Below are positions 62,671-64,000 of a stretch of DNA of 64,000 bases, piece after piece. The position numbers and the translations under genes are program-made. The DNA is from Caulobacteraceae bacterium (GTDB lineage Bacteria; Pseudomonadota; Alphaproteobacteria; Caulobacterales; Aquidulcibacteraceae). The stretch's first letter is position 1. Every line of letters starts with the position of its first letter. The notes under the pieces are model-generated. The model was not told the DNA's origin and did no database searches. It was given only the letters and a program-made list of their open reading frames with translations. The stretch is taken from contig JBQTJK010000040.1 in assembly GCA_052387215.1 (NCBI GenBank), forward strand, positions 2,530-66,529, written 5' to 3'.

Positions 62671-63210
62671 TCAGGTGCCGGGCAGCTTAAAGCCGCCGCG
62701 GTCGCGCTGGATGATCACTTGCCCGCCGCCGGTGGCGCGGCGGATGGATTCTTCATCCGCAAGGCGTTCTTCTTCTTGTTGCGGGTTGAGCGGCGCGCTC
62801 GCCGGCCCACTCGAACCACCGAACGAGAGCAGCCGGTTGACGAAGCCTTCGCTGCGGCGAACCACGCCTTGGCTTTCGAAGTCGATGGTCTCGCGGATCG
62901 ACTCGTCTGCGGTTGTAGCGCCGGCGGCGGAAATGAAAGCCCGCTCGCCTTGGCTTGCCTGTTGACCGACGTTCTCGCCGAACAACGCAGCGCGCGCTTC
63001 GTTGGCTGGATCGTTCTCGCCCGGACGCGCTTCGCCCGGGCGCGGCGGACGCAAATTGTAATCCGGCGGCAGCGTCAACGGCGCTTGCGTCATGACACGG
63101 AATTCGTCGGGCGAACTGCGCGTCGCCCCGATAGCGCGCGAAAAGCCCCCGCAGCCGCTTGCGGCCGTTGCTGCGGCCAGCACCGCGACCAGTGCGATCG
63201 GTTTGGACAT
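62671..63210 (-). CDS. DUF3035 family lipoprotein
   Basis: GGAGG then ATG 63210; lipobox ASGC; SPDEFRV..APLTLPPDYNLRPPRPG. Confidence 0.85.
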   Translation of the reverse strand: MSKPIALVAVLAAATAASGCGGFSRAIGATRSSPDEFRVMTQAPLTLPPDYNLRPPRPGEARPGENDPANEARAALFGENVGQQASQGERAFISAAGATTADESIRETIDFESQGVVRRSEGFVNRLLSFGGSSGPASAPLNPQQEEERLADEESIRRATGGGQVIIQRDRGGFKLPGT

Positions 63211-63334
63211 CCCGCCTCCCTCAAATCTCTTGGGCCTGGGTTCTAGCTGAGCCGCGCCGCTCCCGCCAAGCCGGACAGCAGCAAAGACGCCTGACCCTGC
63301 AGTTTGACCGTTATGGGGCGAATCCGCCTCGGAA

Positions 63335-63904
63335 TCAGCCGCCTGACCCGTTGGCCCCGCCGCGGTTGCGGTTGAGCCACGCCTTGAACTGCTGCCAGCC
63401 GGTGCCCTTGCCGGGCTCGGTTTCGGCGAAGAACAGCATGTCTGCGGCCAGCAGGATCGCCCCGCAGGTGATGGAGGCATCGGCGACATTGAATACCCAG
63501 GGGAACCAGAGGCCGTTGAAATCAAGAAAATCAGCCACTTTCCCGAAGCGGATGCGGTCGATCACGTTGCCGAGCGCCCCGCCGATCACCAAGCCCAACG
63601 CCAGCGCCGTTAGCTTGCGGTCAGCCCCCTTCAACCACCATAGAAACACGCCCGAGATCACGAATGAAAGCGCCACCAGCGCCCAGCGCGCGAAGTCCTG
63701 ATCCGCGCGCAAGAGGCCGAAGCTGATGCCCGGGTTCCAGACCATCTGCAGGTCGAAAAACGGGGTAAGCTCGATGAAACGGCAGCCATAGCCGGTTTCC
63801 AAACAGCCGTCCGGGCTGAATTGACCCGGCCCCAGAACGATCCATTTGGTGATCTGGTCGACGACGAAAACGACAGCCGCAATGATCAGGCCGAAACGCA
63901 ACAT
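63335..63904 (-). CDS. lspA: Lipoprotein signal peptidase II
   Basis: DQITKW, WNPGISFG, GGALGNVIDR, VADF, FNVAD; start ATG 63904. Confidence 0.96.
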   Translation of the reverse strand: MLRFGLIIAAVVFVVDQITKWIVLGPGQFSPDGCLETGYGCRFIELTPFFDLQMVWNPGISFGLLRADQDFARWALVALSFVISGVFLWWLKGADRKLTALALGLVIGGALGNVIDRIRFGKVADFLDFNGLWFPWVFNVADASITCGAILLAADMLFFAETEPGKGTGWQQFKAWLNRNRGGANGSGG

Positions 63905-64000
63905 GAGCGGCTTATGGCCGGGGCCGCGCGGTCCATCAAGGCGAGTCCGCCGCGGCGCTTTGGTCACGCCGCATTCGCGCGCAAGACTAGCGCGCATGCG

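Noticed and set aside
1-64000. CRISPR array or cas genes
   Set aside because: No run of three or more equal repeats with unique spacers; the two-unit repeat at 22769-22933 has a 107-bp spacer and no cas gene is present

Overview
High-GC alphaproteobacterial chromosome segment; gene content and protein style suggest Caulobacterales, possibly Hyphomonadaceae (inference). Many strand labels in the supplied ORF track are wrong, so every strand and start below was re-read from the DNA. LEFT (1 to about 22,000) is accessory DNA ending at the 3' end of a tRNA-Ile2(CAU) gene. It holds the distal part of a P-type trb conjugation operon (trbE-J-L-F-G-I plus a coupled AlpA/Xis-like HTH), a frameshifted PilZ gene and a truncated MFS gene. 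These are followed by a roughly 14 kb cluster: AS3MT/ArsM-type methyltransferase, ArsS-like radical SAM enzyme, MtnP nucleoside phosphorylase, TIGR04282- and TIGR04283-like transferases, DedA, a flavin disulfide reductase, a desaturase, DUF547, SRPBCC, a PiT transporter, MsrB, fasciclin and a CMD/AhpD protein. Six of the cluster's transcription units carry the same ECF-sigma-like promoter, G(A/C/T)A(A/T)CC-N16/17-CG(T/A)A, and a seventh has a weaker variant. The best candidate for an undescribed system is this co-regulated cluster read as a complete arsenosugar/arsenolipid pathway, with MtnP as the candidate for the adenine-removal step. A 221-bp MITE with target duplication and a small HNH-like remnant also lie in this part. 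RIGHT (about 22,900 to 64,000) is mostly core genome (cysS, folE, phoD, rluD, rpoH, purA, serA, serC with its leader RNA, thiD, folP, mutL, M16 peptidases, lspA). It is interspersed with palindromic repeats, two of them inserted in frame into mutL and an M16 peptidase, a LexA-type box upstream of rpoH and an unannotated 38-aa zinc-finger ORF. Several genes have one-base frameshifts that may be sequencing errors. No CRISPR array, rRNA or integrase was seen.
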